Shown: piece after piece, positions 10,559 to 20,658 of the stretch
How the letters are laid out: every line of letters begins with the position of its first letter
Numbering within the stretch: the stretch's first letter is position 1
NCBI GenBank assembly: GCA_038230375.1
Contig: JBBRNJ010000015.1
Coordinates: 32,001 to 96,000 of the forward strand
Direction: 5' to 3'
DNA: 64,000 nt
Source: Polyangiales bacterium
GTDB taxonomy: Bacteria > Myxococcota_A > Polyangia > Polyangiales > Polyangiaceae
The notes under the pieces: model-generated
What the model was told of the DNA's origin: nothing
The model's input: only the letters and a program-made list of their open reading frames with translations
Databases searched by the model: none
Program-made: the position numbers and the translations under genes

Positions 10559-11194
10559 TCAGAACGATACCTTGGGTGCCGCCTGCGCCTCACTCGATGC
10601 CGAGAAGTAGACGCGCTCCTTGAACGGCTTGCCCGTCACCCTGTTGATCGCCTGGCCGCTGATCTTCCGGAGCTCCGTGTTGTAGACGCGCACGGCTTCG
10701 TTGTACTGCTCGCGCGACCGGAGGATGCGGTTCTCCGTGCCCTCGAGCTCCACGGTGAGATCGCGATAGCCCTTGGTGCTTGCGAGCTCGGGGTACTTCT
10801 CGTTCGAGATCATCAGGCGCGACAGCGATCCCTTGAGGTTGTCTTGCGCCTTCTGGAACGCCGCCATCTTCGCCGGGTCCGTGAAGTCCTCGCCGGTCAC
10901 CTTGATGCTGGTCGCGTCCGAGCGCGCCTGCGTCACGGCCGTGAGGGTGGACTCCTCGAACTTGCTGGAGGCCTTCACCGTGGAGACGATGTTCGGGATG
11001 AGATCGTAGCGGCGCTGGAGCTGGGCCTCGTAGTCGGCCCACTTCTGCTCGCAGATCCCGTCCTTCTCGACCAGCTGGTCGTAGTTCTGGCATCCGGGCA
11101 CGAAGAGCGCGCTGATGACGGCAAGGGCGGCCATGAGCAGCGAGAGCGACAGGGACGGGAAAAACCGGGGGATCCTGGCGTTGGTCAAGGTCAT
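10559..11194 (-). CDS. lemA: LemA family protein
   Basis: QLQRRYDLIPN, YPEL, LEGTENRI, YNEAV..YN motifs; lipobox-like VPGC. Confidence 0.92.
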   Translation of the reverse strand: MTLTNARIPRFFPSLSLSLLMAALAVISALFVPGCQNYDQLVEKDGICEQKWADYEAQLQRRYDLIPNIVSTVKASSKFEESTLTAVTQARSDATSIKVTGEDFTDPAKMAAFQKAQDNLKGSLSRLMISNEKYPELASTKGYRDLTVELEGTENRILRSREQYNEAVRVYNTELRKISGQAINRVTGKPFKERVYFSASSEAQAAPKVSF

Positions 11195-11345
11195 GTGAGG
11201 GAGACCGTAAGAACGCGGCCGGCTGCTGGCAAGCAAAACCCGGGTGTCGGCAGGCCCCGCGAGGGGCGCGGATGTAGGAGCAATCGGTGAACTTTCGACC
11301 AGTTCGACGTGCACCAGGCCCGACTTCGTGGAATAACCCGCGTCC

Positions 11346-13361
11346 ATGGGGACTGGAAAATTCTCGTCATACGCTCTTGCCACCGCTCTGATCGGCGGCC
11401 TTGTCATCGGTGCCGGCGCCTGCGGTACCAGCAAGGATCGGGGCTTCGATGATCTGACCACCGCGGACGGCGGTGGCGGTGGTGACGAAGGCGGCCTGCT
11501 GTTCGGTGGCGGAGAAGGCGGACTCGACAAGCCTGTCTCGTCCCTCACAGTCGACCCGCCCACGGCATCGCTCCTTTCCGACAACGGCGCGCAGCCCACC
11601 CAGCAGTTCAAGGCCATCGCTCACTTCACCGACGGGACCAGCGCGGATGTCGGCGCTGGTGTCACGTGGACGGCGACTGCTCCGCAGGTCGGAGCGATCT
11701 CGGGCGGCCTCTTCAAGGCCAGCGGCAGCGTCGGCGGCGCGGTCGTCGTCACCGCGAGCTTCAAGAACCAGAAGGCCACGGGCGACCTGCAGGTCAAGCT
11801 GCACATCACCGACAACCCGAACAACGTCGACCCCGCGATCATCGCTGCGCTCAAGGGCGCATCCACGAAGGACGCTGCTGTGCAGTGGGCGTACCCCTAC
11901 GACGGCACCGTCTTCCCCCGCGGCCTGGGCGCGCCGCTCCTCCAGTGGAACAACGGCATCGCGGCGGACACGTACTACGTGCACGTGAAGAGCGCGGGCT
12001 TCGAGCTCGAGTCGTTCACCACCGTGCCGCCGCCGTCGCGCTACGCGTTCACGGGAACGAACTGGCAGAAGTTCGTCGACTCGTCCTCCGGCGCAGCCAC
12101 CCTGGAGGTGTCGCGCTACTCCGGCACCACGGCAACAAAGGTGACGACGCTCAACTGGACCATTGCGCCCGCCTCCATGCGCGGCACCATCTACTACTGG
12201 GCCAACGCCCAGGGCCGCGTGATGCGCATCAAGCCAGGCGCCACCGCACCGGACGACTTCAGCGCGGGCGTCCTGCCCGCTGCCGGCTGCACCATGACGT
12301 GCCACACGGTGTCCGCGGACGGGTCCACGCTCATCAGCGGCGGCGACGGCTTCGGCGGCTCGTACGACCTCCTCAACAACACCCAGATTTACCCGAAGGG
12401 CGCGGCCGCCGGGCCTGCCCGCAAGTGGTCGAATGCCGCGCTCTCGCCGAACGGGAAGTTCATCGTCGAGAACGGCAACACAGCGGTCCCCGGTCCGCCA
12501 GGCGCCGAAGACGGCATGTACAACACTGGCGACGGCACGAAGGTCGCGAACAGCGGACTCGATGGTCTGCATCTCGGCTCGCCCAGCTTTGCAGCAGACG
12601 GCACCAAGCTCGCCTACGTCGCCCTCACGGGCGCGGCCCCCGGCTCCCTCAACGTCTTCGATTTCGATCTGAAGAACGCGAAGGCTGGCGCGAGCACGCA
12701 GCTCATCGCGCAGGGCGCAGGCCAGCCCATCCAGTGGCCGAGCGTCTCTCCCGACGCGAAGTGGATCGTCTATCACCGCGGCAATATCGATACGCGCTAC
12801 GGACCCGGCGACCTCTACCTCGCGAACACCGCGACGCCCAACCAGGAGACCCGCCTGGGCAAGGTCGATGGTGACGGCTATCTGTTCGCCGCGGGCACAC
12901 GCGATCTCGCGTTCAACTACGAGCCCACGTTTGCGCCCGTTCCCTCGGGCGGGTATTTCTGGGTCGTCTTCACGAGCCGCCGCACGTACGGCAACACGTC
13001 GATCGGCGCGGCCGCATCCACGAAGCAGCTCTGGGTCGCGGCGATCGATCTGAACCCCACGCCCGGCGTCGACCCTAGCCACGCGGCGTTCCTTCTGCCC
13101 GGCCAGGACGTGACGCAGATCAACATGCGCGGCTTCTGGGCGCTCGACCCCTGCAAGGGTGACGGCCAGGGCTGCGGCTCCGGCACCGAGTGCTGCGGCG
13201 GCTTCTGCGACGGCTCCGGCCCCGACGGCGGCCTGGTCTGCGCGTCGAAGGGCGCATGCGGACAGGACGGCGATCATTGCAACGTCGCCGCCGACTGCTG
13301 CAATGCATCCACGGGCACCACGTGCATCAACCACACGTGCGCGCAGCCGGGCCCCAAGTAG
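11346..13361 (+). CDS. Lipoprotein with Ig-like domain, TolB/PD40-like propeller and Cys-rich C-terminus
   Basis: Lipobox GAGAC; YPYDGTVFP; PSVSPD and PTFAP...WVVFTSRR repeats; two C-x6-C-x5-CC modules at the C-terminus. Confidence 0.75.
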   Translation: MGTGKFSSYALATALIGGLVIGAGACGTSKDRGFDDLTTADGGGGGDEGGLLFGGGEGGLDKPVSSLTVDPPTASLLSDNGAQPTQQFKAIAHFTDGTSADVGAGVTWTATAPQVGAISGGLFKASGSVGGAVVVTASFKNQKATGDLQVKLHITDNPNNVDPAIIAALKGASTKDAAVQWAYPYDGTVFPRGLGAPLLQWNNGIAADTYYVHVKSAGFELESFTTVPPPSRYAFTGTNWQKFVDSSSGAATLEVSRYSGTTATKVTTLNWTIAPASMRGTIYYWANAQGRVMRIKPGATAPDDFSAGVLPAAGCTMTCHTVSADGSTLISGGDGFGGSYDLLNNTQIYPKGAAAGPARKWSNAALSPNGKFIVENGNTAVPGPPGAEDGMYNTGDGTKVANSGLDGLHLGSPSFAADGTKLAYVALTGAAPGSLNVFDFDLKNAKAGASTQLIAQGAGQPIQWPSVSPDAKWIVYHRGNIDTRYGPGDLYLANTATPNQETRLGKVDGDGYLFAAGTRDLAFNYEPTFAPVPSGGYFWVVFTSRRTYGNTSIGAAASTKQLWVAAIDLNPTPGVDPSHAAFLLPGQDVTQINMRGFWALDPCKGDGQGCGSGTECCGGFCDGSGPDGGLVCASKGACGQDGDHCNVAADCCNASTGTTCINHTCAQPGPK

Positions 13362-13374
13362 CCCCCGCTCCGGC

Positions 13375-14292
13375 TCAGGCGTCGAAGATCGACAGCGCGG
13401 TCATCCCGAGGACCTGCGGCAAGACTGCATCCGGAATGCTCTTCGCGATGCGGACGATCTCGCGGTCCCACGCGTACGGCAGGTTCGGAAAGTCAGTGCC
13501 GTAGTAGATGCGATCCGGGCGCGCCGCGAGCAGTCGCACGAACGACGGGAGCTCCGGGAAGTAGTCCGCGAGCATCATTGTCGTGTCCAGGTAGAGGTTC
13601 TCGTGGCGCTCGAGCAGGCGCTCGTAGCCGTCGAACTCGTCCGCGCCCAGGTGCGGGACCACCATGCGGAGCTTCGGAAACGCGGTAAGCACGCGCTCTG
13701 TGCGCTCCACGCTACAGAGCTCGCGCGGATTGCACTTGAGCGCGTCACTCGCGGGTTCGCGCCCCGCGTGGATCACGAGCGGCTTGTTCCTTCGCTCGCA
13801 GAGCTCGTAGATCGGAAAGAGCGCCTTCTCGTCGTCGGGAGAGAAGCACTGCACGTGGCAGTGGAGCTTCACGCCGCGAAGGCCCAGGGCGAATCCTTCT
13901 TCCAGGATCGCAACCGCATCGGGCTCACCTGGCAGGACCGTGGCAACCCCCGTGAGCCGCGGCTCCGCGCGGACGAGCTCCGCCATGTACGCGTTCATCA
14001 TGCGCGCAAGGCCAGGAGCGTGCGCGTAGTGCAAGCCCACCACGCGCGCGACCCCACGCGAGAAGAGGAAGCGCAGCACCTCCGGCGCGTCGAGCTTGTA
14101 CCGAACAGGCCATCCGTATGCGTCGAACCAGCGCCAGATCGCACGGAACATCCGATCCGGAAACAGGTGCACGTGGCCGTCCACCACCATGGGCAGCGCC
14201 TCCGGAAGGCGCGCGCCCTCCGGGTCCGCGACGGCCGGGAGCGGCATCTGCATGCGCGGAAAGCACGGCGAGGTGGCTGCTTCTTCTGCCAT
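13375..14292 (-). CDS. Amidohydrolase family 2 protein
   Basis: VDGHVH, GVKLH, VIHAG, PHLG, YGTDFP motifs; start uncertain (14292 or 14253). Confidence 0.88.
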   Translation of the reverse strand: MAEEAATSPCFPRMQMPLPAVADPEGARLPEALPMVVDGHVHLFPDRMFRAIWRWFDAYGWPVRYKLDAPEVLRFLFSRGVARVVGLHYAHAPGLARMMNAYMAELVRAEPRLTGVATVLPGEPDAVAILEEGFALGLRGVKLHCHVQCFSPDDEKALFPIYELCERRNKPLVIHAGREPASDALKCNPRELCSVERTERVLTAFPKLRMVVPHLGADEFDGYERLLERHENLYLDTTMMLADYFPELPSFVRLLAARPDRIYYGTDFPNLPYAWDREIVRIAKSIPDAVLPQVLGMTALSIFDA

Positions 14293-14325
14293 GGAAACGA
14301 CGCGCTGATGGTAGCCTTTCGAACC

Positions 14326-14826
14326 GTGGAAGACACGCGGGCACTCGTTCACCGCATCCGGAATGACCTGCAGCTCGTGTCGAGCATCCTCCACGCAGAG
14401 CTGTCCGTTGCGATCTCGGACGAGGCGCGCCAGGTACTCTCCGCGATGGATCGCCGCATGCTGGCCATCAACCTGAGCTACACGGGCGCGGAGACCACGC
14501 ACGTACTTCTGCCCCGCTACCTGAGCGATCTCTGTCAGGCCCTTGGACAAAAGTTCGGCGCATGCGCGGACCGCAGCGTGGGAAGCCTGGCTGCGCGGCG
14601 CGTCGGCATGGTCGCCGCAGAGGCGCTCGGCGCCGCGAACTGCCCGGCCGAGCTCCAGCTGAGTGCCAGCGGCGCCACGCTCAGCGTCAGCATCACGCGA
14701 GAGGCGCACACGAGCGAGTGGATGACCGGTCTGTGCCGCGAGCTCTGCCTCGATCTGATCCAGCAGCTCGACGGGCGGCTCGTCTCCGACACATCGAGGC
14801 TGCTCTCGTTCGAGTTCGAGGCGTAG
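14326..14826 (+). CDS. Stand-alone HisKA_2-type protein with degenerate ATP-binding domain
   Basis: LVHRIRNDLQLVSSIL resembles the HRxKNNLQ H-box; N box lacks Asn and no DxGxG box; GTG start preceded by TAGCCT at 8 nt. Confidence 0.7.
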   Translation: MEDTRALVHRIRNDLQLVSSILHAELSVAISDEARQVLSAMDRRMLAINLSYTGAETTHVLLPRYLSDLCQALGQKFGACADRSVGSLAARRVGMVAAEALGAANCPAELQLSASGATLSVSITREAHTSEWMTGLCRELCLDLIQQLDGRLVSDTSRLLSFEFEA

Positions 14827-14829
14827 CGC

Positions 14830-15675
14830 ATGCAGAAGCGCCATTTCGGTCCGCTCCACGATCTCGTTCCCGTCATCGGCATCGGCACGTGGAACATGGA
14901 ACAGGCGCCGCGTGCGCGCGCGGTCGCCTCCATCCACAAGGCGATCGACCTTGGAATGACCCACGTCGACACCGCGGAGCTCTACGGCCGCGGCGTGGTC
15001 GAGGAGATCGTCGGTGAGGCGATCGTCGGCCATCGCGGCCAGGTGTTCCTCACGTCAAAGCTCCTCCCGAGCCACGGTACGTACGCTGGGACCATCCTGG
15101 CGTGCGAGCGCTCACTTGGGCGGCTGCGCACCGACCACCTGGATCTCTACCTTCTTCACTGGCCTGAGAGCATGCCGCTCGAGGACACGTTCAAGGCGAT
15201 GGAGACGCTGCAGACGGAGGGAAAGATTCGCGCGTGGGGCGTATCGAACTTCGACGTGGTCGATCTGGAGCGCGCGATCGAGATGGTCGGGCCGGGCAAG
15301 ATCGTCTGCAACCAGGTGCTCTACAACCTGCTCGAGCGCGACATCGAACACGTGCTGCTCCCCTTCTGCGAGCGCAACCGCATCGCGGTCGTGGGCTACA
15401 GCCCGTTCGGCACAGGCGACTTCGGACAGGCAGGCTCGTGGCGGCTCGACGTGCTCGCCAAGATCGGAAAGGCACACGGCACCTCGGCCCGCGCAGTGGC
15501 CCTGCGCTTCCTGGTTCGCCGCCCATCGCTCTTCACCATCCCCAAGTCCCTCGACGACGCCCACCTGGCAGAAAACGCAGAAGCCGGCGACCTGGTCCTC
15601 TCCGACGCAGAGCTCCACGAGATCATGCGAACGTTCCCCGCCGGGGAACCAAAATCAAAAATGCCCTTCACTTGA
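14830..15675 (+). CDS. Aldo/keto reductase
   Basis: IGIGTW, DTAELYG, LDLYLLHWP, WGVSNF, NQVLYNL, YSPFG, IPKS motifs. Confidence 0.93.
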   Translation: MQKRHFGPLHDLVPVIGIGTWNMEQAPRARAVASIHKAIDLGMTHVDTAELYGRGVVEEIVGEAIVGHRGQVFLTSKLLPSHGTYAGTILACERSLGRLRTDHLDLYLLHWPESMPLEDTFKAMETLQTEGKIRAWGVSNFDVVDLERAIEMVGPGKIVCNQVLYNLLERDIEHVLLPFCERNRIAVVGYSPFGTGDFGQAGSWRLDVLAKIGKAHGTSARAVALRFLVRRPSLFTIPKSLDDAHLAENAEAGDLVLSDAELHEIMRTFPAGEPKSKMPFT

Positions 15676-15810
15676 ACGGCGTCGCCTGCGGACTCAGCGC
15701 CCCACCGCCGCGCCGTCGAGCTTCGGGCCGATCAGCTGCACCATCGATTCTCCGAGCTTCCCGACGACGCCACGCACGTTCAGCTTGGTGACCTCTTGCT
15801 GGACGGCGGC

Positions 15811-16593
15811 TCATGAGGAGAGCTTCTTCCTGAGCTCCTCGAGCTCCGCATCGGTGTCGTCGTCTTCGGCGGACGGCGACGACGAGGTCGAGCGCGGGGA
15901 CGCTCCGCCCTCGCTCGCGCCGAGACGGAGCTTCGCCGGCTCCTTCTTCTTCGCGGCGGTGGGCCTCCTCTTCTCTCCTTCGCGCTGCGCGCTGCCCTTC
16001 TTCGTGAGGAGGCGCGCCGCGAGTACGCCGCCCGCGAGCCCGAAGAGGTGCCCCTGCCACGACACGCCTGGGGTGCCCGGCAGGACGCCGAACAGCGCGC
16101 CGCCGTAAAGGAGGAACACGGCGAGGCTGCCGAGGATCGGCCAGACCTTGCGCTCCAGCACGCCGCGCACGAGCAGGTAGCCGAGGTAGCCGAAGACGAG
16201 GACGCTCGCGCCGACGTGGACGGAGTCGGGCGCGCCGATGAGCCACGTGCCGAGGCCGCCGACGAGCGCCGAGAGCGCGCTCACGTAGAAGAGGTCGCGC
16301 TTGCGCCGCAGCATCACGAACCAGCCGAGCACCGCGAGAGGCAGCGTGTTGCTCATGATGTGCGCGAGGTTCACGTGGATGAACGGCGCGAAGAGGATGC
16401 CCACGAGGCCCGCGACCGAGCGCGGATGCACGCCGAGCCCGACGAGCGCGCCGCCCGTCAGCATGTTCACGAACTGCACGAACCACAGGAGGCCGATGAA
16501 GCCCGCGAGGATCTTGCCGTGTATCTTGAGCTCGGCGGTGACGCCGGGCTCGTCCTTCTCGCTCTTCGTCGTCAGGTCCCGCACTTCGCTCAT
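15811..16593 (-). CDS. Rhomboid family intramembrane serine protease
   Basis: Multiple TM helices, H...HIMSN, catalytic GAS and SWQGHLFG motifs. Confidence 0.9.
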   Translation of the reverse strand: MSEVRDLTTKSEKDEPGVTAELKIHGKILAGFIGLLWFVQFVNMLTGGALVGLGVHPRSVAGLVGILFAPFIHVNLAHIMSNTLPLAVLGWFVMLRRKRDLFYVSALSALVGGLGTWLIGAPDSVHVGASVLVFGYLGYLLVRGVLERKVWPILGSLAVFLLYGGALFGVLPGTPGVSWQGHLFGLAGGVLAARLLTKKGSAQREGEKRRPTAAKKKEPAKLRLGASEGGASPRSTSSSPSAEDDDTDAELEELRKKLSS

Positions 16594-16672
16594 GCTCGCA
16601 CGTTCAGAAGTGCGCAGGGAGCCCGACGGCGACGACGAGCTCGAGATCGTCGACCCCAACGCCGGCCAGGCT

Positions 16673-17332
16673 TCACCGCGATAAAAGTTCGGTGCGCAGC
16701 TGATCCAGGAAGGTCCTGAGAAACGTGCTGCGGGTGTGGGCTTCGGCCTTTGCTGGGGCGGTGTGCATTCTTGATTCGAGGAGGAGGAGCTTCTTTTCGA
16801 AGTGATCTAGCGCGTAGGCTTTGTCGTCCAGCGGACGCGTTTTGGCGAAGGGCTCTTGCTCTTCGTAGAAGGCGCTCTTCATGTCTGCGGAGGTGGCGAA
16901 GCAGCGGGCGATGCCGATGGCCCCGATGGCATCCAGGCGGTCCGCGTCTTGAAGGATGGCTGACTCGAGGGTGGACGGCGCTTGCCCCTTCGAGAACGCG
17001 TGGTCACGGATCGCATCGGCCACGCGGCGCGCGAAGGTTGGGTCGGCTCCGCGTTCCAGCAGCAGCGCGAGCGCGGCCTCTGCGCACACGTCGCCTGCAG
17101 TGGCCGAGCGTGGATCGTTCTTCTTGAAGGTCACGAGCTCGTGAAGGAGCGCGGCGGTGCGCACGACATCGACGTCCGCGTGAACCTCCTTCGCGATGCG
17201 GATTCCGTGGGCCGCAACACGTGCAACATGCAAGTAATCATGCGACGGCTCGCGTCCCTGCATCACGTCGCGGACGTGCGCGACAAGCGCAAGGTCTCGC
17301 TCTTCCCACGGAGCCATGGTCGTGGCGCTCAC
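16673..17332 (-). CDS. HD-domain phosphohydrolase
   Basis: SHDYLHVARV, ALLHE (HD variant), QDADRLDAIGAIG, HFEKKLL; GTGA overlap with upstream stop. Confidence 0.88.
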   Translation of the reverse strand: MSATTMAPWEERDLALVAHVRDVMQGREPSHDYLHVARVAAHGIRIAKEVHADVDVVRTAALLHELVTFKKNDPRSATAGDVCAEAALALLLERGADPTFARRVADAIRDHAFSKGQAPSTLESAILQDADRLDAIGAIGIARCFATSADMKSAFYEEQEPFAKTRPLDDKAYALDHFEKKLLLLESRMHTAPAKAEAHTRSTFLRTFLDQLRTELLSR

Positions 17333-17937
17333 GGCGCTCCCCCGGTGGGTCCTGGGCCTCGTCGATCCATGGTGGGATCTCCCATGGGCGGTGGCGCGAA
17401 CGCGGCCAGCCTGGAGACCAGCGTGTCTGGCTCCGACTCCACCACATAAAGGCTCTCGTGCTCGCGCGCGATGAAGCCCTCTTCCGCCACGTGCCGTGCG
17501 AACGTCACGAACGGCGCGAAGTACCCGGCCACGTCGAGCATGCCGATCGGCTTGTCGTGCAGGCCGATCTGCGCCCACGTGAGCACCTCGAACAGCTCGT
17601 CCATCGTGCCGAAGCCGCCGGGCAGCGCAATGAATGCATCCGCCATGTCCGCCATCATCTTCTTGCGCTCGTGCATGCTGTCGGTGATGCGGAAGTCCGT
17701 GACGCCCGGATGCGCGACCTCCTTGTCCACCAGCCATCGCGGCATGATGCCGACGAGCTCGCCGCCCGCGGCGATCACCGCGTCCGAGAGCGCGCCCATG
17801 AGGCCCGTCTTGCCACCACCGTAGATGACGCCGATGCCGCGACCCGCGAGCTCGGCGCCGAGCAGCGCGGCCGCCTCTGCGTACGCGGGGTTGTTCCCGT
17901 TTCGCGACCCCGCGTACACCGTCACGCGACGCAACAC
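17329..17937 (-). CDS. LOG family (TIGR00730-like) nucleotide phosphoribohydrolase
   Basis: YGGG..GLMG, MHERK, ALPGGFGTMDE motifs; exact start uncertain. Confidence 0.9.
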   Translation of the reverse strand: MLRRVTVYAGSRNGNNPAYAEAAALLGAELAGRGIGVIYGGGKTGLMGALSDAVIAAGGELVGIMPRWLVDKEVAHPGVTDFRITDSMHERKKMMADMADAFIALPGGFGTMDELFEVLTWAQIGLHDKPIGMLDVAGYFAPFVTFARHVAEEGFIAREHESLYVVESEPDTLVSRLAAFAPPPMGDPTMDRRGPGPTGGAP

Positions 17938-18117
17938 GCGCTGCGCCGGGGCGGGATAACCCTCTATGCCTTCAAGTCCTTCGCGCATGCGAAACCGCAT
18001 GACCGCCACAATGCCACAGCCCCACAGCCCACAGCCCCAAAAGACCACAAGACCACCCCCGCCTACGCATGGTCGAAAACCCCCTTGGCTGGTCTCGTAG
18101 GCGTATGCTTGCAGGCT

Positions 18118-19452
18118 ATGTCCGGCGACGCGCTGGGGCTCGTGGGTCACGTGGTGGATCAACTTCGTTTCGACGAGCTCGTCGACGAGGGTGGGTTCGG
18201 CTACGTCTATCGCGGGGTCCACCTTGGCATGGACGAGCCGGTCGCCATCAAGTGCCTGAAGGTGAAGGCGCAGGACCCGCGCCTTGCGGATGGGTTCGTG
18301 AAGCGCTTCCGCGACGAGACGAAGATCGCCTATCGCCTGTCGCAGGGAAACCTGGACATCGTGCGCAGCATCTCGAGCGGCACGCTCACAGCGCGCGGTG
18401 GAATGCTCGTGCCGTACATGGTGCTCGAATGGCTCGAGGGCTGGCCGCTGACCACCGAGCTCGCCTACCGTCGCGACGACGGGCGCGGAGGCATGTCGCT
18501 GATCGAGATGGTGGAGATGCTGGACTCCGCGGCGCTGGCGCTCGGCTTTGCGCACACGCAGGGTGTCGTTCACCGCGACGTCAAGCCCGGCAACCTGTTC
18601 CTCGCGCGCACGCGGACCGGCACCCGCCTCAAGGTGCTCGATTTCGGGCTCGCAAAGATCGTCGATCCTGACGGCATCATGGACGCGCCGGCCGGAGCGG
18701 AGACCGGAAGCCACGTCTTCATCGCCTCGCCCTCGTACGGCGCACCGGAGCAGTTCTCCAAGAAGCTCGGACCCGTGGGTCCATGGAGCGACGTGTACTC
18801 GCTCGCGGTCGTCGCGATGGAGATGCTCACCTGCGCGAAGGTCCGGCCCGCGAAGAACCTGGTGGAAGGCATGATGCGTGCGCTGGATCCCCGCTTTGCG
18901 GAGCCCACGCCACGGAAGCTCGGTCTCACCGTGGGCAACGCGGTGGAGGCTGCATTCGCGCGGGCAACGGCGCTGGACGCGCGCACGCGGTACCAGGACT
19001 GCAAGGAGGCATGGTCCGCGATCCGCAGCGCAGTCCGCGAAGATCGAACCTACAGCTCCGTCGCGCCGCCCACCATTCGCAATCCGGGGAAGCCAGCGCT
19101 CGACAAGACGATGGCGATGATGCACGCGCCCGCCATCCCCGTCTCCACGGCCACGCCCAACCCGAACAAGACGCTGGCGCTCGGGGCGCAGCTGCCCTTT
19201 GCCCTGCCGCCTTCTGCCGGGGCGATTCCGTCGCCACGCGCAGCCCCTTCCGGTCCTTCGTCCGCGTCCGTCCCTTCATCGGGTTTGCGCGCGCCGATCT
19301 CGCAGCCGCTGTCGTCGTCACGTAGCGAGCCCACCACCACGTCGAGATCGAGCGGCCCGCTGCCGATGTGGCTCGCGGTGCTGCTCGCGTTCGCGCTGGC
19401 GGCCGTGGGCCTGTTCGCCATCGGCTACGCGCTGCGGATCCGGCGCCGGTAG
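18118..19452 (+). CDS. Ser/Thr protein kinase with Pro/Ser linker and C-terminal TM anchor
   Basis: EGGFG, VAIK, HRDVKPGN, DFG, YGAPE; terminal hydrophobic helix. Confidence 0.88.
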   Translation: MSGDALGLVGHVVDQLRFDELVDEGGFGYVYRGVHLGMDEPVAIKCLKVKAQDPRLADGFVKRFRDETKIAYRLSQGNLDIVRSISSGTLTARGGMLVPYMVLEWLEGWPLTTELAYRRDDGRGGMSLIEMVEMLDSAALALGFAHTQGVVHRDVKPGNLFLARTRTGTRLKVLDFGLAKIVDPDGIMDAPAGAETGSHVFIASPSYGAPEQFSKKLGPVGPWSDVYSLAVVAMEMLTCAKVRPAKNLVEGMMRALDPRFAEPTPRKLGLTVGNAVEAAFARATALDARTRYQDCKEAWSAIRSAVREDRTYSSVAPPTIRNPGKPALDKTMAMMHAPAIPVSTATPNPNKTLALGAQLPFALPPSAGAIPSPRAAPSGPSSASVPSSGLRAPISQPLSSSRSEPTTTSRSSGPLPMWLAVLLAFALAAVGLFAIGYALRIRRR

Positions 19453-19464
19453 CGCACCGCTGGC

Positions 19465-20658
19465 TCACGCCGCCGAGTCGAGCTCCTTCACCATGTCCTG
19501 GCCCGATAGCTCGCAGGCGCTCTTGCCGTGCGCGAATGGCAACAGCCCTGCCTGCTCGTAGTGCGGAATGATCGCGGGCGAGAGCAGGCCGATCGTGCGC
19601 AGGTTCGGCATGAGTCGCTCGAACATCACGGTGCGGAAGCGGCGCATCCCCGGCGACTCGGACACGAAGCTCGTCCAGTCCGCGCGGCTCATGCGACCCA
19701 CAAAGTGCTCCTCGTAGACCTCGAACGCCAGAAAGCGGTTCTTCATGAGCACGGCCACCTCGAACGCCCACGACTCGCGCTCCGCGCGCTCCCGTGGCGA
19801 CAGCTCGCGCGCGATGTGATCCTTGAGCGCGATCACGCCGTAATGGACGTGGCGAGCTTCATCCAGGATCACCTGCTTCAAGAGCTCACGAAGCAGTGGC
19901 TCCTTCGACTCCCGGTAGAGCGTACCGAACGCGCCCAGCGCCAGGCCCTCCACCATGATCTGCATGCCCAGGAACTTCATGTCCCAGCGCGAGTCCGTCA
20001 TGAGCGCATCGATGATGGTGAAGAGGTTGTCGTTCACCTGATAGAGCTTGCACATCTTCTCCGTCAGGTAGCGGTGGAACACCTCCACGTGACGTCCCTC
20101 GTCCACTACCTGCGTGGAGCCGTACAGCTTGCCGTCGAACACGGGAATGGACGCGGTGACCTGCGCGGCCGCGAAGAGCGCGCCCTGCTCGCCGTGCAGG
20201 AACTGGCTCAGCATCCACGCGGCAAGGCTGTGGAGCACCTGGCGCTTCTCGCGCTCGGACAGGTGAATGCCGAGCGCGTCCAGCCGCTCTGGTGCGATGA
20301 ACGACTCCGGGAGCACCGGGACCTCGGGGCTCTCGGGGTCCACGTCGATGTGCCACGGAAGGCTGTCGCCATCCCACTGTCCCTGCTTGGCGCGGACGTA
20401 GAGATCGTGCATCTCCGTGGAGGTCTCATGGTCGCTCTTGTACTGCCAGTCGAACGTGGCCTCGTAGGAGGCACGCGCGTGCGTGACCACGCCTTGCTTG
20501 CCGCGCTGAAGAAGCAGCCCGCGAGCGCCAGACGGCCCGAGCGCCGCGAGCACACGCGGATCGTTGATGCTCGTGATGACGCGCGCGGCGTCCACGTAGG
20601 ACTCGACCTGGTTTCTCACCTTCGGGGACAGCACGGATAAGAGTCGCTCTTTGATCAC
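19465..20658 (-). CDS. Ferritin-like diiron oxygenase (AurF-like)
   Basis: HGEQGAL, DEGRH, VEGLAL and DEARH give two E...ExxH diiron half-sites; GTG start overlaps reductase stop. Confidence 0.8.
   Translation of the reverse strand: MIKERLLSVLSPKVRNQVESYVDAARVITSINDPRVLAALGPSGARGLLLQRGKQGVVTHARASYEATFDWQYKSDHETSTEMHDLYVRAKQGQWDGDSLPWHIDVDPESPEVPVLPESFIAPERLDALGIHLSEREKRQVLHSLAAWMLSQFLHGEQGALFAAAQVTASIPVFDGKLYGSTQVVDEGRHVEVFHRYLTEKMCKLYQVNDNLFTIIDALMTDSRWDMKFLGMQIMVEGLALGAFGTLYRESKEPLLRELLKQVILDEARHVHYGVIALKDHIARELSPRERAERESWAFEVAVLMKNRFLAFEVYEEHFVGRMSRADWTSFVSESPGMRRFRTVMFERLMPNLRTIGLLSPAIIPHYEQAGLLPFAHGKSACELSGQDMVKELDSAA

Noticed and set aside
12285..12310. CTMTCH in the TolB-like lipoprotein as a haem site
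   Set aside because: Spacing is CxxxCH, single, with no supporting cytochrome context.
18005..18105. CCACAGCC short repeats and an 8-bp inverted repeat in the LOG/kinase divergent gap
   Set aside because: Short and degenerate; cannot be told from chance or ordinary promoter DNA.
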